Part shown: positions 19,027 through 28,840 of the stretch, in pieces
How the letters are laid out: every line of letters begins with the position of its first letter
How positions within the stretch are numbered: the stretch's first letter is position 1
DNA from: an uncultured delta proteobacterium
GTDB taxonomy: Bacteria; Myxococcota; Myxococcia; Myxococcales; Myxococcaceae
Reading direction: 5' to 3'
DNA length: 64,000 nucleotides
Assembly: GCA_963776345.1 (NCBI GenBank)
Contig: CAVZMH010000002.1
Location: 46,604 to 110,603 of the forward strand
Made by a program: the position numbers and the translations under genes
Notes under the pieces: model-generated
The model's input: only the letters and a program-made list of their open reading frames with translations
Database searches by the model: none
What the model was told of the DNA's origin: nothing

Positions 19027-19116
19027 GTCGCGGGCATGGTGTCACCGAGCGCGCGGGGGGTGGAACGTGCGCTCCCGTCCCACCGCCGAGGGGGCAGGGG
19101 TGCTACCTTGCCCGAC

Positions 19117-19410
19117 GTGACGACCCAGACCCCCCAGCGCATCGCCGGACTGACCGAGCCCACGGTGCGGCCGCTGGAGCGCCTGGCCATCCGACTCCGC
19201 GAGAGCACGGTGACGCTCTCGGCGTGGCGCATGGCCGCCTCCGGCACCGAGGGCGCCGGCACGCTGGTCCGGGTGGAGACGCCGGGCGGCACGCTGTTCC
19301 GCGGGGACGGCTGGTTCCTCGGCTGGACGCAGGAGGCGATGTCCACCGCCTGGGCCGCGCTGCTCCCTCCGCCTCCGTCCAGCGAGCTGGAGCTGGCCCA
19401 GCTCGGCTGA
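19117..19410 (+). CDS. Small hypothetical protein
   Basis: C-terminal part of track ORF 18268..19410 (MTTQTPQRIAGL...RGDGWFLGW...QLG); fills the gap between convergent and divergent genes. Confidence 0.65.
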   Translation: MTTQTPQRIAGLTEPTVRPLERLAIRLRESTVTLSAWRMAASGTEGAGTLVRVETPGGTLFRGDGWFLGWTQEAMSTAWAALLPPPPSSELELAQLG

Positions 19411-19427
19411 GCCTGGGTTCGGGGCGC

Positions 19428-20240
19428 CTAGAGCCCGGCGATCCCCGGCTCGAGGCGCACGTAGCCGCGCTCGATGGCCCAGAGGTCGAGCGACAGCGAG
19501 CGGAGCTCGTCCACCTCCGGCACCGCCCGCGCGTCCAGGCTCAGGTCCACCGACTTCACGTAGCGGTGGCAGGTCTCGCAGGCCTCCACCCGCGCCGCCG
19601 GGTGCGTCTCGCTCTGCCATCCCGGGAGCCGCTCGGGGTCCGTCTCTCCGCAGCTCGGGCAGCGGATGCGGTTGGTCTGCCACTCGGTCCCGCACAGGCC
19701 GCAGCCGAGGAAGCGCGTGGCGCCGTCGGACCCGGGCATCTCGCGGCGGAAGGCGATGCTCGGCGGAGCGCCGCACGCCGGGCACCTCCCGCTGCCCGGC
19801 TCGCGGGGGCGATCCAGCTCGACGCCGGCGTGCACCGCCGCCTCGGCGTAGGCCCGGAGCACGGCGTGCGAGAGGAAGTCCTGCCGCTCCTCGGGACCTC
19901 CGCCCCAGGCGGCGCGCAGGCGCGCGGCGAAGAGGTCCGCCGGCTCGGCGACACGGGCTCCCGCCGAGTCCCGGAGCGCCACCGGCCCCGAGTTGGCGAG
20001 GAAGCGGAGCACCGAACGCAGCGGCGCCTCGACCCGCGGGAGGTCCCGGTCGAGCGTGCCGCTCAGCGGCGCCCGGCCGTGGGCCTCGAGCACTCCGGCG
20101 GCGGCGCGCGCTTGCGCCCGGAACAGCCCGGCGGCGAAGCGCAGCGGCTCCCGGCCGGACGAGGGGGACTCCGCCAGCGCCTCCGCGCGCGCGGCCCGTC
20201 CCTCGAAGCGTGCGCCGAGCTGCTCAGCGCTTGGTGCCAC
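19428..20240 (-). CDS. fdhE: Formate dehydrogenase accessory protein FdhE
   Basis: CPACG, CGLC.TEW, CPSCG, CETC..YVK; downstream of fdnI. Confidence 0.93.
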   Translation of the reverse strand: MAPSAEQLGARFEGRAARAEALAESPSSGREPLRFAAGLFRAQARAAAGVLEAHGRAPLSGTLDRDLPRVEAPLRSVLRFLANSGPVALRDSAGARVAEPADLFAARLRAAWGGGPEERQDFLSHAVLRAYAEAAVHAGVELDRPREPGSGRCPACGAPPSIAFRREMPGSDGATRFLGCGLCGTEWQTNRIRCPSCGETDPERLPGWQSETHPAARVEACETCHRYVKSVDLSLDARAVPEVDELRSLSLDLWAIERGYVRLEPGIAGL

Positions 20241-20925
20241 TCGTCACGTCGCGGTACCAGGCGGGGTGGTGCAGGCGCGCCCAGGCCTTGGTCACCGTCC
20301 CCTTCACCATGGCGGAGTACGTCCCCGGCTCGGCGATGGCCAGGTAGATGTGGCCGAAGATCATCAGCATGAAGAGGATGAACGTCACGTCGTGGACCAC
20401 CCACGAGGTCTCGCGGAGTGCCGCGGACGGGAACAAGTCCGGCCACCAGAGGATGACACCGGTGGCGAGCAGCCCGAGCGAGGCCAGGCTGCTCAGCCAG
20501 AAGAGCATCTTCTGGCCGCCGTTGAACTTTCCGACCTCCTCGTCGTGCGTCTCCCAGCGCAGGTAGGCCCCGAAGCTCGAGGTGAAGCGCTTGTCGGCCG
20601 CGGTCATCTTCATCGCCCCTGCCCAGTGCACGAACTGGAGCAGCGCGAAGACCGCGAAGGCGACTCCGCTCCACGGGTGGAGCCAGCGGCAGACTTGCAG
20701 CCCGCCGAACAGCGGGGCCAGCCAGCCGAAGATGGGCGTCCAGATGGGGAGCCCGGTGAAGAGGCAGAGGAAGAAGAACAGCGCCACCCCCCAGTGCACC
20801 ACCCGGGTGTAGTAGCGGAAGCGGACCAGCTCGTCGCCGACGACCAGGTCCTCCTGCGCCTGGGCGAGGAGGATGCCCGGATCGGCGCTGGAGTGGGCGG
20901 GGACGGCGCGCAGCGGCTCGGCCAT
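20224..20925 (-). CDS. fdnI: Formate dehydrogenase cytochrome b556 (gamma) subunit
   Basis: R..HW, LHPWSG, GKFNGGQK, HD, GHIY, AM..G.V...WA..HHP.WY. Confidence 0.95.
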   Translation of the reverse strand: MAEPLRAVPAHSSADPGILLAQAQEDLVVGDELVRFRYYTRVVHWGVALFFFLCLFTGLPIWTPIFGWLAPLFGGLQVCRWLHPWSGVAFAVFALLQFVHWAGAMKMTAADKRFTSSFGAYLRWETHDEEVGKFNGGQKMLFWLSSLASLGLLATGVILWWPDLFPSAALRETSWVVHDVTFILFMLMIFGHIYLAIAEPGTYSAMVKGTVTKAWARLHHPAWYRDVTSGTKR

Positions 20926-20943
20926 GACGTGTCTCCTCGCTCT

Positions 20944-21825
20944 TCAGGCCGCGGGTGGAGTGGAGGACGGCGGGCCCTTGGGTGGCTCCCGGGGTCCGAA
21001 GCGGAGGTAGTGACCGACCAGGCCCACGATCACTGCGCCCATTCCCAGCAGCCCCAGTGGCCTCAGGTAGCTCTTCACGAACCGGACGGAGCCGGGCACG
21101 GTCGGGTCGCGCGGCAGCCCGTAGAGCTCGGGCTTGTCGGCGTGCTTGAGAACGGTGACCACACCCGTTCCGCCCACGCCGGGTGGATCGTACACCCCGG
21201 CGTTGGCGTAGCCGTCGGCCTTGAGCTGCTTCACCCGCTCGTTTCCGAGCGCGAGCATGTCCTCCTTGGTGCCGAAGTGGAGGCACCCGGTGGGACACGC
21301 CTTGATGCACGCCGGCTCGAGGCCCACCTGGGTCCGGTCCACGCAGAGCGTGCACTTGGACATCTTCCCGGTCTTCTCCGAGAAGCGCGGCACGTCGAAC
21401 GGGCAACCGGTGCGGCACAGCTGGCACCCGATGCACAGGTCCGGATTCACGTCCACCGTGCCGTTGGAGTACTGGACGATGGCGCCGGGCGCGGGGCACG
21501 CCTTGAGGCAGCCCGGATCGAGGCAGTGCATGCACTGATCCTTGCGCATCAGCCAGGCGAAGCTGCCGTCCACCTCCGCCTCGTGGAACTTGATGAGGTT
21601 CCAGAAGTCGGCGGTCATCGTGGGCAGCGTCTGGTAGCTGCCGTCCTGCACCGTCTTCGCGTTCGGCAGGTCGTTCCACTCCTGGCAGGCGACCTCGCAG
21701 GCCTTGCAGCCGATGCAGGTCGAGGTGTCGATCAGCTTGCTGACGACCGGCACCTTGCGCACGCCGGAGCCGGTGCCCCGGAGCGACGCGGAAGACATCA
21801 TCACCTCGAGACCAGGGATCGCCAT
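20944..21825 (-). CDS. fdnH: Formate dehydrogenase iron-sulfur (beta) subunit
   Basis: KLIDTSTCIGCKACEVAC, CMHC.DPGCLKACP, CIGC..C...CPFDVP, KCTLCVDR, and a C-terminal TM helix. Confidence 0.96.
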   Translation of the reverse strand: MAIPGLEVMMSSASLRGTGSGVRKVPVVSKLIDTSTCIGCKACEVACQEWNDLPNAKTVQDGSYQTLPTMTADFWNLIKFHEAEVDGSFAWLMRKDQCMHCLDPGCLKACPAPGAIVQYSNGTVDVNPDLCIGCQLCRTGCPFDVPRFSEKTGKMSKCTLCVDRTQVGLEPACIKACPTGCLHFGTKEDMLALGNERVKQLKADGYANAGVYDPPGVGGTGVVTVLKHADKPELYGLPRDPTVPGSVRFVKSYLRPLGLLGMGAVIVGLVGHYLRFGPREPPKGPPSSTPPAA

Positions 21826-21827
21826 GG

Positions 21828-24800
21828 TCAGGCCCTCCCCACCTTCTCGAGCTTCACCTGGAACGCCTTGAACTCCGGTGTCCAGGTGTTCGGATCGATG
21901 GCCGACGAGGTCAGGATGTTGGCCAGCGGCCCGGCGTGCTTGGCGTCACCGCTGTAGCCCCAGTGGATCGGGAAGCCGATCTGCCAGACCCGCTTGCCAT
22001 CGAGCATGAAGGACGGCATGCGCTTGGTCACCATCGCCGGCCCCTCGATCGACCCGCGCGCCGACGAGATGCGCACCGTCTCCCCGTTCTGGATGCCCTT
22101 CTCCTTGGCCAGGTCCTCGGGGATCTCGAAGAAGATGCCGGGCTGCACCTCGTTGAGCCGTCCCCCCACCTGGTTCTTGGTCCAGTAGTGGAAGTGCTCG
22201 GTCAGCCGATAGGTGGTGCAGACGATGGGGAACTCGTCCGCCTTGCCCCACTTGTCCTTGTCGCTGTTGAAGCGCTTGAGGACGGGGCTCGCGGAGACCT
22301 TGGGGTGGAGCACGTTGTCCACCGGCGCCTCCACCGGCTCGTAGTGCTCGGGGAACGGACCGTCGTTCAGCACCGGCGAGAAGAGCCGGCCCACGCCCTC
22401 GGGGAGCATGATGAAGGCGCCGAACGTCCCGGGCGGCGCGTCCGGCTTCATGTCCGGGACGTCACCCACCCACTTCTCGCCGTTCCACTGGATGCCCACG
22501 CGCTTGGGATCCCAGGGCTTGCCCGCCGCGTCGGCGGAGGCGCGGTTGTACATGACGCGCCGGTTGGCCGGCCAGCTGAAGGCCCACTGGTGGAACTGTC
22601 CAAGCCCCATCGGATCGGTGGTGAGCCGGCGCGCGGAGTTGTTCCCGCCCTCGGTGAACACCCCGGTGTAGAGCCAGTTCCCGCAGGAGGTGCTGCCGTC
22701 GTCCTTGAGCTGGCCGAAGCTGTCCAGCTGCAGCCCGGCGGCCTTGAGGACCTTCGGCGGGTCCTTGGACTTCGGGTCCTTGGGCGGCTCGACCAGATCG
22801 GTGATCGCCTTGCCGTTGATCTCCTTCAGCACCTCGGCGAGGTCGGGATTGGCCGGGTTGGTGTACGGCCAGGAGATGTTGAGCACCGCCTCGGGCAGCG
22901 CGCCCGGCTCCTTGCGGTACAGGTCCTTCAGCGCCAGCAGGAGGCGGCTGATGATCTCCTGATCGCTCTTCGACTGGCCGGGGCCGTCCACCGCCTTCCA
23001 CTTCCACTGCACCCAGCGCGCGGAGTTGGTGAAGGTGCCGTCCTTCTCCGCGAAGTTGGTGGCGGGAAGCAGGTAGACCTCGGTGGGGATCTTCGAGGCG
23101 TCCGCGCCCCCGAGCTCCTTCGGCGCCTTCCAGAACGCCGCGGTCTCGTTCTCCTGGTTCTCCACCATCACCAGCCACTTCAGCTTGGAGAGGGCGGCGA
23201 CCATCTTCAGCGAATTGGGACCTGTCCCGACCGGGTTCATGCCAAAGGAGATGAGGCCCTCGGGGGCCGGCTCCTCGCCCCCGGCGCGCTTCGAGTTCCC
23301 CCGGTACATGTCGTCGAACATGTAGCCCCAGGAGTAGTTGCCGTCGACCTTGGGCAGCCAGGCGTAGCCGAACTCGTTCTCCTTGGTGGCCGTCTTGCCC
23401 CAGACCGTCTTGAGCAGCGAGACCATGAACTTGGGGTAGTTGGTCCAGTAGTTCATCGACGCCCAGGCCATCTTGTTCAGCGTCCAGGGCGTGCTCTTCT
23501 CGAGGTAGGTGGCGAGGTCCGGCAGGTTGGAGCTGGGCGTCTTGAGGTAGCCGGGCAGGATGTCGAACGTCCCGCCCATGTCGGTGGCGCCCTGGATGTT
23601 GGAGTGCCCGCGCAGCGCGTTGACCCCGCCGCCCGGCCGGCCCACGTTGCCCAGCAGCAGCTGGAGCATCGCGGCGGTGCGGATGATCTGCACCCCGATC
23701 GAGTGCTGGGTCCACCCCAGCGCGTAGAGGATGGTGCCGACCTTCTCCGCGTTCCCGGTGGAGGTGACCATCTCCGCCACCTTGAGGAACTGCGCCTTCG
23801 GCGTCCCGCAGATCCGCTCCACCATCTCGGGCGTGTAGCGGTCGACGTGCTTCTTCAACAACTGGAAGACGCAGCGGGGGTTCTCCAGCGTCGGGTCCAC
23901 TCCGTAGGCGCTGGTCTTCTCGTCCGCCTGGTAGCCCCACGCCGTCTTGTCGTACTCGGCCTTCTTTTCGTCGAAGCCGCTGAACAGGCCGTCCTGGAAG
24001 CCGTACTTCTCACCGACGATGAACTGGGCGTTGGTGTGCAGCTTGACGTAGTCGGCGTGGTAGCGCTTCGTCTCCAGGGCGTAGCGGATGATGCCGTTGA
24101 GGAAGGCGATGTCCGTGCCGGCGCGGAGGGGCGCGTAGAGGTCCGCCACCGCCGCCGTTCGCTGGAAGCGCGGATCCACCGACACGATCTTCGCCCCGCG
24201 CGTCTTCTTCGCCTCGATGGCCCACTTGAACCCGCACGGATGGTTCTCGGCAGGGTTACCGCCCATCACGAACACGACGTCCGCGTTCTTGATGTCCACC
24301 CAGCCATTGGTCATCGCACCGCGACCGAACGTGGCGGCCAAACTGGCCACCGTTGGACCGTGTCATACTCGTGCTTGTGTATCTCGGTAGACGATGCCGA
24401 GGCCGGCGCCGAACTTGTACTGCAGCATGTTGAATTCGTTGGTGTCGGTGCAGCCGCCGATGAGCCCGATGCCCGGAGTGCGGTTCACCACCGCGCCCGC
24501 GGCGTTCTTGGCGACGAAGGTCCGGTCGCGCGTCTCCTTGATGTGCTTGGCGATGCCGGCGATCGCCGCGTCCCAGGTGATCTCCTCCCACCGGTCCGAG
24601 CCGGCCCGCCGCACCTTGGGGACGCCCAGCCGCCCGGGATGATGGATGTCGTTCTTGAGGCTGATGCCCTTGGGGCACAGCGTGCCGCGGTTGATCGGGT
24701 GGTCGGGGTCGCCCTCGATGTGCACCACCGAGCCGTGGACGTTCTTCGCCTTGTCCCCCAGCGTGTGGATGATCACCCCGCACGAGACCGAGCAGTACGG

Positions 24801-24944
24801 ACAGGTGCTGCGCGTCTCGGTGGTCCGGGAGATCTTCAGCTCGCGCATCTCCGCGCGCGCCTCGGAAAGATCGAAGAACCCCAGCCCCAGCGCTCCACCG
24901 GCAGCGGCCGTCCCCTTGAGGAACGTGCGGCGGTCCACGTGCAT
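21828..24944 (-). CDS. fdnG: Formate dehydrogenase-N/O alpha subunit, selenocysteine at codon 194 (24365-24363)
   Basis: Track ORFs 24363..25166 and 21828..24350 are one frame joined by TGA: QARV-U-HGPTVASLAATFGRGAMTN. Tat signal DRRTFLK; CPYCSVSCG...C 4Fe-4S motif; ATG 24944 with GGAGGGG RBS. Confidence 0.97.
24333..24351 (-). promoter_or_regulatory. SECIS element of fdnG
   Basis: GGUGGCC-AGUUU-GGCCGCC hairpin 11 nt after the UGA, the canonical fdnG-type spacing, with GU in the loop. Confidence 0.88.
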
Positions 24945-24980
24945 GGAACCCCTCCAGCGCAATGAATCCGCGACGGGTGC

Positions 24981-25049
24981 ACGCTGAACCCGCTGCACTC
25001 GGGTGTCAAGAAGCTCCGGAGTCGTAACGCCAGGCGTCATTCGACTCTG
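24981..25049 (-). promoter_or_regulatory. Candidate sigma70 promoter and upstream palindrome for the fdn operon
   Basis: Minus-strand TTGACA (25009-25004)-N17-CAGCGT. Imperfect palindrome CGGAGTCG-TAACGCC-A-GGCGTCA-TT-CGACTCTG at 25017-25049. Confidence 0.45.
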
Positions 25050-25149
25050 GGCGCGAGCGGCAACGGATGCCGTGCGCGGTGTCCGCGATGGCTCGACCAC
25101 GGGCCGCGGAGGGAGTCCATCGTCGAACAGCCGAGCGACGGCGCCGACG

Positions 25150-25250
25150 GTCACGAGGTGCGTCACGAGGATGTCACGAGGCGCTGGTCACGAAGTGTCT
25201 GGCACCTCGCTAGTCACGAGGTGTGGGGCACCTCGCCGGGGCACCTCGCC
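25150..25250. repeat. REP-like repeat cluster
   Basis: GTCACGA(G/A)G at 25150, 25162, 25173, 25187 and 25213; palindromes CGAAGTGTCTGGCACCTCG and CGAGGTGTGGGGCACCTCG; tandem GGGGCACCTCGCC x2. Confidence 0.8.
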
Positions 25251-25375
25251 GGGAGCCTCCGCGGGTCGAGACGCGCTCGCGAGCCGCTCAGGCGGCGAGT
25301 CCACCGGACTCGACCACGAGCCGCGAGCCACGGGCCCACGGCCCGGCCGGTCTCGCGTCGCAGCGCGGCCGGGGA

Positions 25376-25531
25376 GAGCCAGCTCCGCCGGAGCGAGTCG
25401 GAGAGCCCATCGCTCAGGACCACGAGGCCGAAGATCACGAGCACCATCGTGCAGACCTGGTCGTGGAAGCCGAGCTGGATCGCGTTGTACAGCTTGAGCC
25501 CGAGCCCGCCGCCGCCGAGGCACCCGACCAG
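25376..25531 (-). pseudogene. C-terminal remnant of a PhnE/PtxC-family ABC permease
   Basis: LVGCLGGGGLGLKLYNAIQLGFHDQVCTMVLVIFGLVVLSDGLSDSLRRSWL resembles the PhnE C-terminus (G-x-V-G-A-G-G-(I/L)-G...D-x-x-S-x-x-L-R). No plausible N-terminus. Confidence 0.7.
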
Positions 25532-25668
25532 CTGGCGCGCCACCGGCGCCCGCTGGAACTTTCCGCAGCGGACGGTGCGCGGCGTCGAGCACACCCCTTT
25601 CCTCTGGAACCCACATCGCCCGGCGCGCGAAAGGAGTCCCCAGGGCCGGTCACAGCGGGAGGCAACAC

Positions 25669-26307
25669 GTGCGAAGAGTCGTCTTCGGGATGACGCTGGT
25701 GGCGGGGCTGGTGGCGGGGGAGGCGCGGGCACAGTCCTGGTCCGCGATGTCCGGGCAGACGCTGGGAACCGGCGCGGGGATGGTCTGGGGCCAGTTCGGC
25801 TGGCCGGGCATCTCCGCCGACCTGGCCTACGGCGTGAGCCCCACGGTCGATCTCGGCGGTCGCTTCACCTTCAACTACGGCGAGGAGGGAATCACCGACA
25901 CCGGCGTGCTGGGGCTGAAGTTCCAGTTCACGCTCCGGGCGCAGCTGGTCAGGAAGCCCAAGTTCGACCTGGCGCTCCGCTTCGACCCGGGGCTGCTGCT
26001 CTACTTCCCCAACAGCACCACGGTCACCGGGATGACCTTCCCGGTGGGGCTCGAGTTCGGCTTCCCCATCACCCCGGTGTTCCGGGCGATGGGCAGCTTC
26101 GACCTGCCGTTCTGGATCACCTTCAGCCCCTCACCCGTCGAGGGCTGGATCCCCATCCTCTTCGGCGGCGGGGTGGAGTACCTCGTCCAGCGGGATCTCG
26201 CGCTCACCGCGCGCATCAAGATGGGGCCCACCATCGGGACCGCGGACCGGACCCGGAACGCCTTCTTCACCCTCTACTTCCTGTTCGGGGTGGCCTACCG
26301 CTTCTGA
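25669..26307 (+). CDS. Hypothetical secreted/outer-membrane beta-barrel protein
   Basis: GGAGG RBS, signal peptide ending ARA, amphipathic strands, C-terminal GVAYRF. Confidence 0.8.
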   Translation: MRRVVFGMTLVAGLVAGEARAQSWSAMSGQTLGTGAGMVWGQFGWPGISADLAYGVSPTVDLGGRFTFNYGEEGITDTGVLGLKFQFTLRAQLVRKPKFDLALRFDPGLLLYFPNSTTVTGMTFPVGLEFGFPITPVFRAMGSFDLPFWITFSPSPVEGWIPILFGGGVEYLVQRDLALTARIKMGPTIGTADRTRNAFFTLYFLFGVAYRF

Positions 26308-26951
26308 GCGTCTGCCGGCTGCGTCTGGACCTGCCTGGCGACGGCGTAGGCACGCTCCACCGCGGGGCGCTGGGCGATGGTGGCGAACCAGCGCTTGAGG
26401 TTCGGGAAGTCGTCCAGCCTCATCTGCTGCTTCTCGTGGGGAACCACCCACGGGTAGCAGGCGATGTCGGCGATGGAGTAGTCGGCCGCGAGGTACGGCC
26501 GGTCCGCGAGCCGGGTGTCCATCACCCGGTACAGGCGCGCGGTCTCCTTCACGTACCGCTCGATGGCGTAGGGAATCTTCTCCGGCGCGTACTGCACGAA
26601 GTGGTGGTTCTGCCCGGCCATGGGCCCGAGCCCGCCCACCTGCCAGAACAGCCACTGCATCACCTCGGTCTTGCCGCGCGCGTCGCCCGGCAGCAGCCGG
26701 CCGGTCTTCTCGGCGAGGTAGGTGAGGATCGCCCCCGACTCGAAGATGGACAGTGGCCCGCCACGGTCCGCCGGCGCGTCGTCGACGATGGCCGGGATGC
26801 GATTGTTCGGCGAGATGCGGAGGAACGCCGGGTCGAACTGCTCGCCCTTGCCGATGTTCACCGGCTTCAACCGGTACGGCAGCCCGAGCTCCTCGAGGGC
26901 GATGGTGATCTTGTGCCCGTTCGGCGTGGCCCAGTAGTAGAGGTCGATCAC
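26295..26951 (-). CDS. Glutathione S-transferase, Nu class (YfcG/YghU-like)
   Basis: IDLYYWATPNGHK, ISPNNRIPAIVD, IFESGAIL.YLAEKTG, QWLFWQVGGLGPMAGQ. GTG at 26951. Confidence 0.95.
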   Translation of the reverse strand: MIDLYYWATPNGHKITIALEELGLPYRLKPVNIGKGEQFDPAFLRISPNNRIPAIVDDAPADRGGPLSIFESGAILTYLAEKTGRLLPGDARGKTEVMQWLFWQVGGLGPMAGQNHHFVQYAPEKIPYAIERYVKETARLYRVMDTRLADRPYLAADYSIADIACYPWVVPHEKQQMRLDDFPNLKRWFATIAQRPAVERAYAVARQVQTQPADAQKR

Positions 26952-27000
26952 GTGGCACGGCCCTCCAGCTGCTGTGGCTAGCGAGCCCGCCGAGACGCGC

Positions 27001-27025
27001 GCAACGAAATCAGCCCCGCACCGTC
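27001..27025 (+). promoter_or_regulatory. Candidate ECF sigma promoter GCAAC-N16-CGTC upstream of cfa
   Basis: AAC...CGT is the typical ECF -35/-10 signature; lies 150 nt upstream of ATG 27176. Confidence 0.5.
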
Positions 27026-27175
27026 TCCCGGACGCCGAGCAGCGCGCGGCAGCGCAGCACCCAGGGGGACTGGCCCTCGACGTCCTGCGGCGAGCGCGGG
27101 GCACACGATGCGATCCGGTTGGACTTGACGACGACCGGCCGGCAGCGCAGCGATCTCCTGAGCGGAGGGCACCGG

Positions 27176-28441
27176 ATGGACGCGCGCGCGGTGGTGGAGG
27201 CCGTGATGTCGGGGAAGGACCGGCCCTTCGGGGTGCGGCTCTGGGACGGCACGCTGGTTCCGCCCGAGCCCGAGCCCGGCATGCCGGTCCTGGTGGTGAC
27301 GCACGAGCGCGGCGCCGGCGCCTTCGGCATCCCTCCCTCCGAGGAGCGGCTGGCGGAGGCGTACCTCGCCGGTGACGTCGAGCTCGAGGGAGACCTGGTC
27401 GACTTCCTCCAGCGGGCCTCGAGCTGGTCCGGACCCGAGTCGCTTCCCGCCGCCGCGGTCGCCGCGGGGCTGATGGCCGAGGTCGGGGCGCGCGCGGGCG
27501 AGCTCCTGCGCTCTGCCGCCCGCCACACCCTGGCCCGGGACGAGGGTGCCATCCGGCACCACTACGACGTGGGCAACGACTTCTACAGCCTCTTCCTCGA
27601 CGAGCAGCTGGTCTACTCCTGCGCCTACTGGACGCAGGGAGCGGACCGGCTCGAGCTCGCCCAGGTCGCCAAGCTCGAGCTCATCTGCCGCAAGCTCGGG
27701 CTTCGCCCCGGCCAGCGCTTCCTCGACGTCGGCTGCGGCTGGGGCGCGCTCATCGCCCACGCCGCCAGGGGCCACGGCGTTCGCGCCACGGGCATCAGCC
27801 TCAGCGACGCCCAGCTCGAGCTCGCGCGCGAGCGAATGAGGGCCGTGCTCCCCGCCGACGCCGTCCCCGACGTGCGGCACCAGGACTACCGGCAGCTCCC
27901 GCCCGACGAGCGCTGGGACGCCATGGCCTCGGTGGGCATGATGGAGCACGTCGGGCGCGAGCACCTGGAACGCTACTTCTCCAGCCTCGCCCGCCACCTG
28001 GCTCCCGGCGGGCTCCTGCTGAACCACGCCATCGCCGATAACGGCGACGGGCGGCGCACCATCCCCTGGCTGCAGCGCATCCACGGCGGCTTCATCCAGC
28101 AGGAGATCTTCCCCGACAGCGACCTGCCGCCGCTGGACCTGGTCGTCTCCGCCGCGCAGCGCGCCGGGCTGGAGGTGCTGGACGTCGAGACGCTCCGCCC
28201 GCACTACGTCCGCACCCTCGTCGAGTGGCTCGGCCGGCTCGAGCGGCGCTTCACCGAGGCGGTACAGCTCGCGGGCAAGCGCCGGGCCCGGGCCTGGCGG
28301 CTCTACCTGGCCTCGTGCGCGGTCACCTTCCAGACCGGGCGCATCACCGTGGCCCAGGTGCTGCTCCGGAAGCGGGACGGCGGCGAGCTGCGGCCCATCG
28401 ACCGGCTCGGCTGGTACCGCGAGCTGGTGCCGCGGACCTGA
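27176..28441 (+). CDS. cfa: Cyclopropane-fatty-acyl-phospholipid synthase family methyltransferase
   Basis: HHYDVGNDFY, YSCAYW, LDVGCGWG, SVGMMEHVG, HYVRTL..W, W.LYLA.C. Confidence 0.93.
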   Translation: MDARAVVEAVMSGKDRPFGVRLWDGTLVPPEPEPGMPVLVVTHERGAGAFGIPPSEERLAEAYLAGDVELEGDLVDFLQRASSWSGPESLPAAAVAAGLMAEVGARAGELLRSAARHTLARDEGAIRHHYDVGNDFYSLFLDEQLVYSCAYWTQGADRLELAQVAKLELICRKLGLRPGQRFLDVGCGWGALIAHAARGHGVRATGISLSDAQLELARERMRAVLPADAVPDVRHQDYRQLPPDERWDAMASVGMMEHVGREHLERYFSSLARHLAPGGLLLNHAIADNGDGRRTIPWLQRIHGGFIQQEIFPDSDLPPLDLVVSAAQRAGLEVLDVETLRPHYVRTLVEWLGRLERRFTEAVQLAGKRRARAWRLYLASCAVTFQTGRITVAQVLLRKRDGGELRPIDRLGWYRELVPRT

Positions 28442-28472
28442 GCCGCAGACCGGCCTCGGCGCGCCGGGGTCG

Positions 28473-28688
28473 TCAGCCGCCCGCGCTGGCGCCGAACGGG
28501 TCCGGCATCAGGAGGTCCCAGCGCTCGAAGTCGCCGAGCCGCTCGCCGGGGCGAATCTCGCGGAAGACGCCCACGTCGCGGCGCACCTGGTAGACGGTCC
28601 CGTCCGCGGCCCGGAGCACCTCTACCGGCTGTCCGGACAGCTCGATCCGCCCCACGACCTGCATCACTCCGAGCTCGCTCCACCGCAT
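28473..28688 (-). CDS. Small hypothetical protein (71 aa)
   Basis: AGGAG RBS before ATG 28688; MRWSELGVMQVVGRIELSGQPVEVLRAADG... Confidence 0.6.
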   Translation of the reverse strand: MRWSELGVMQVVGRIELSGQPVEVLRAADGTVYQVRRDVGVFREIRPGERLGDFERWDLLMPDPFGASAGG

Positions 28689-28702
28689 CACGACAACTCC
28701 TG

Positions 28703-28727
28703 GACACCGAGGATGCGCCCTCGTTGC
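28703..28727 (-). promoter_or_regulatory. Candidate ECF sigma promoter GCAAC-N16-TGTC
   Basis: Immediately 5' of the RBS of the 28688 gene. Confidence 0.5.
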
Positions 28728-28840
28728 ACCCGCCGCAAGCCGCCGGGGCGCCACGCCGAACGAGCGGGCGAGCGCTGCCGCGTCGTGGTCCGGTGGCGCG
28801 AACCCGCGTTCTCGCGGTAGAGACGGCGGCTTCGGGACGC

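Noticed and set aside
21936..24965. 1009-aa plus-strand ORF, and similar antisense ORFs such as 54396..57044 and 30245..32335
   Set aside because: Antisense mirrors of real genes, expected from high GC3; no motifs.
25150..25250. CRISPR array
   Set aside because: Repeats are 9-23 nt with 2-17 nt gaps, no spacer-length unique sequences and no cas genes. I saw no CRISPR array anywhere in the window.
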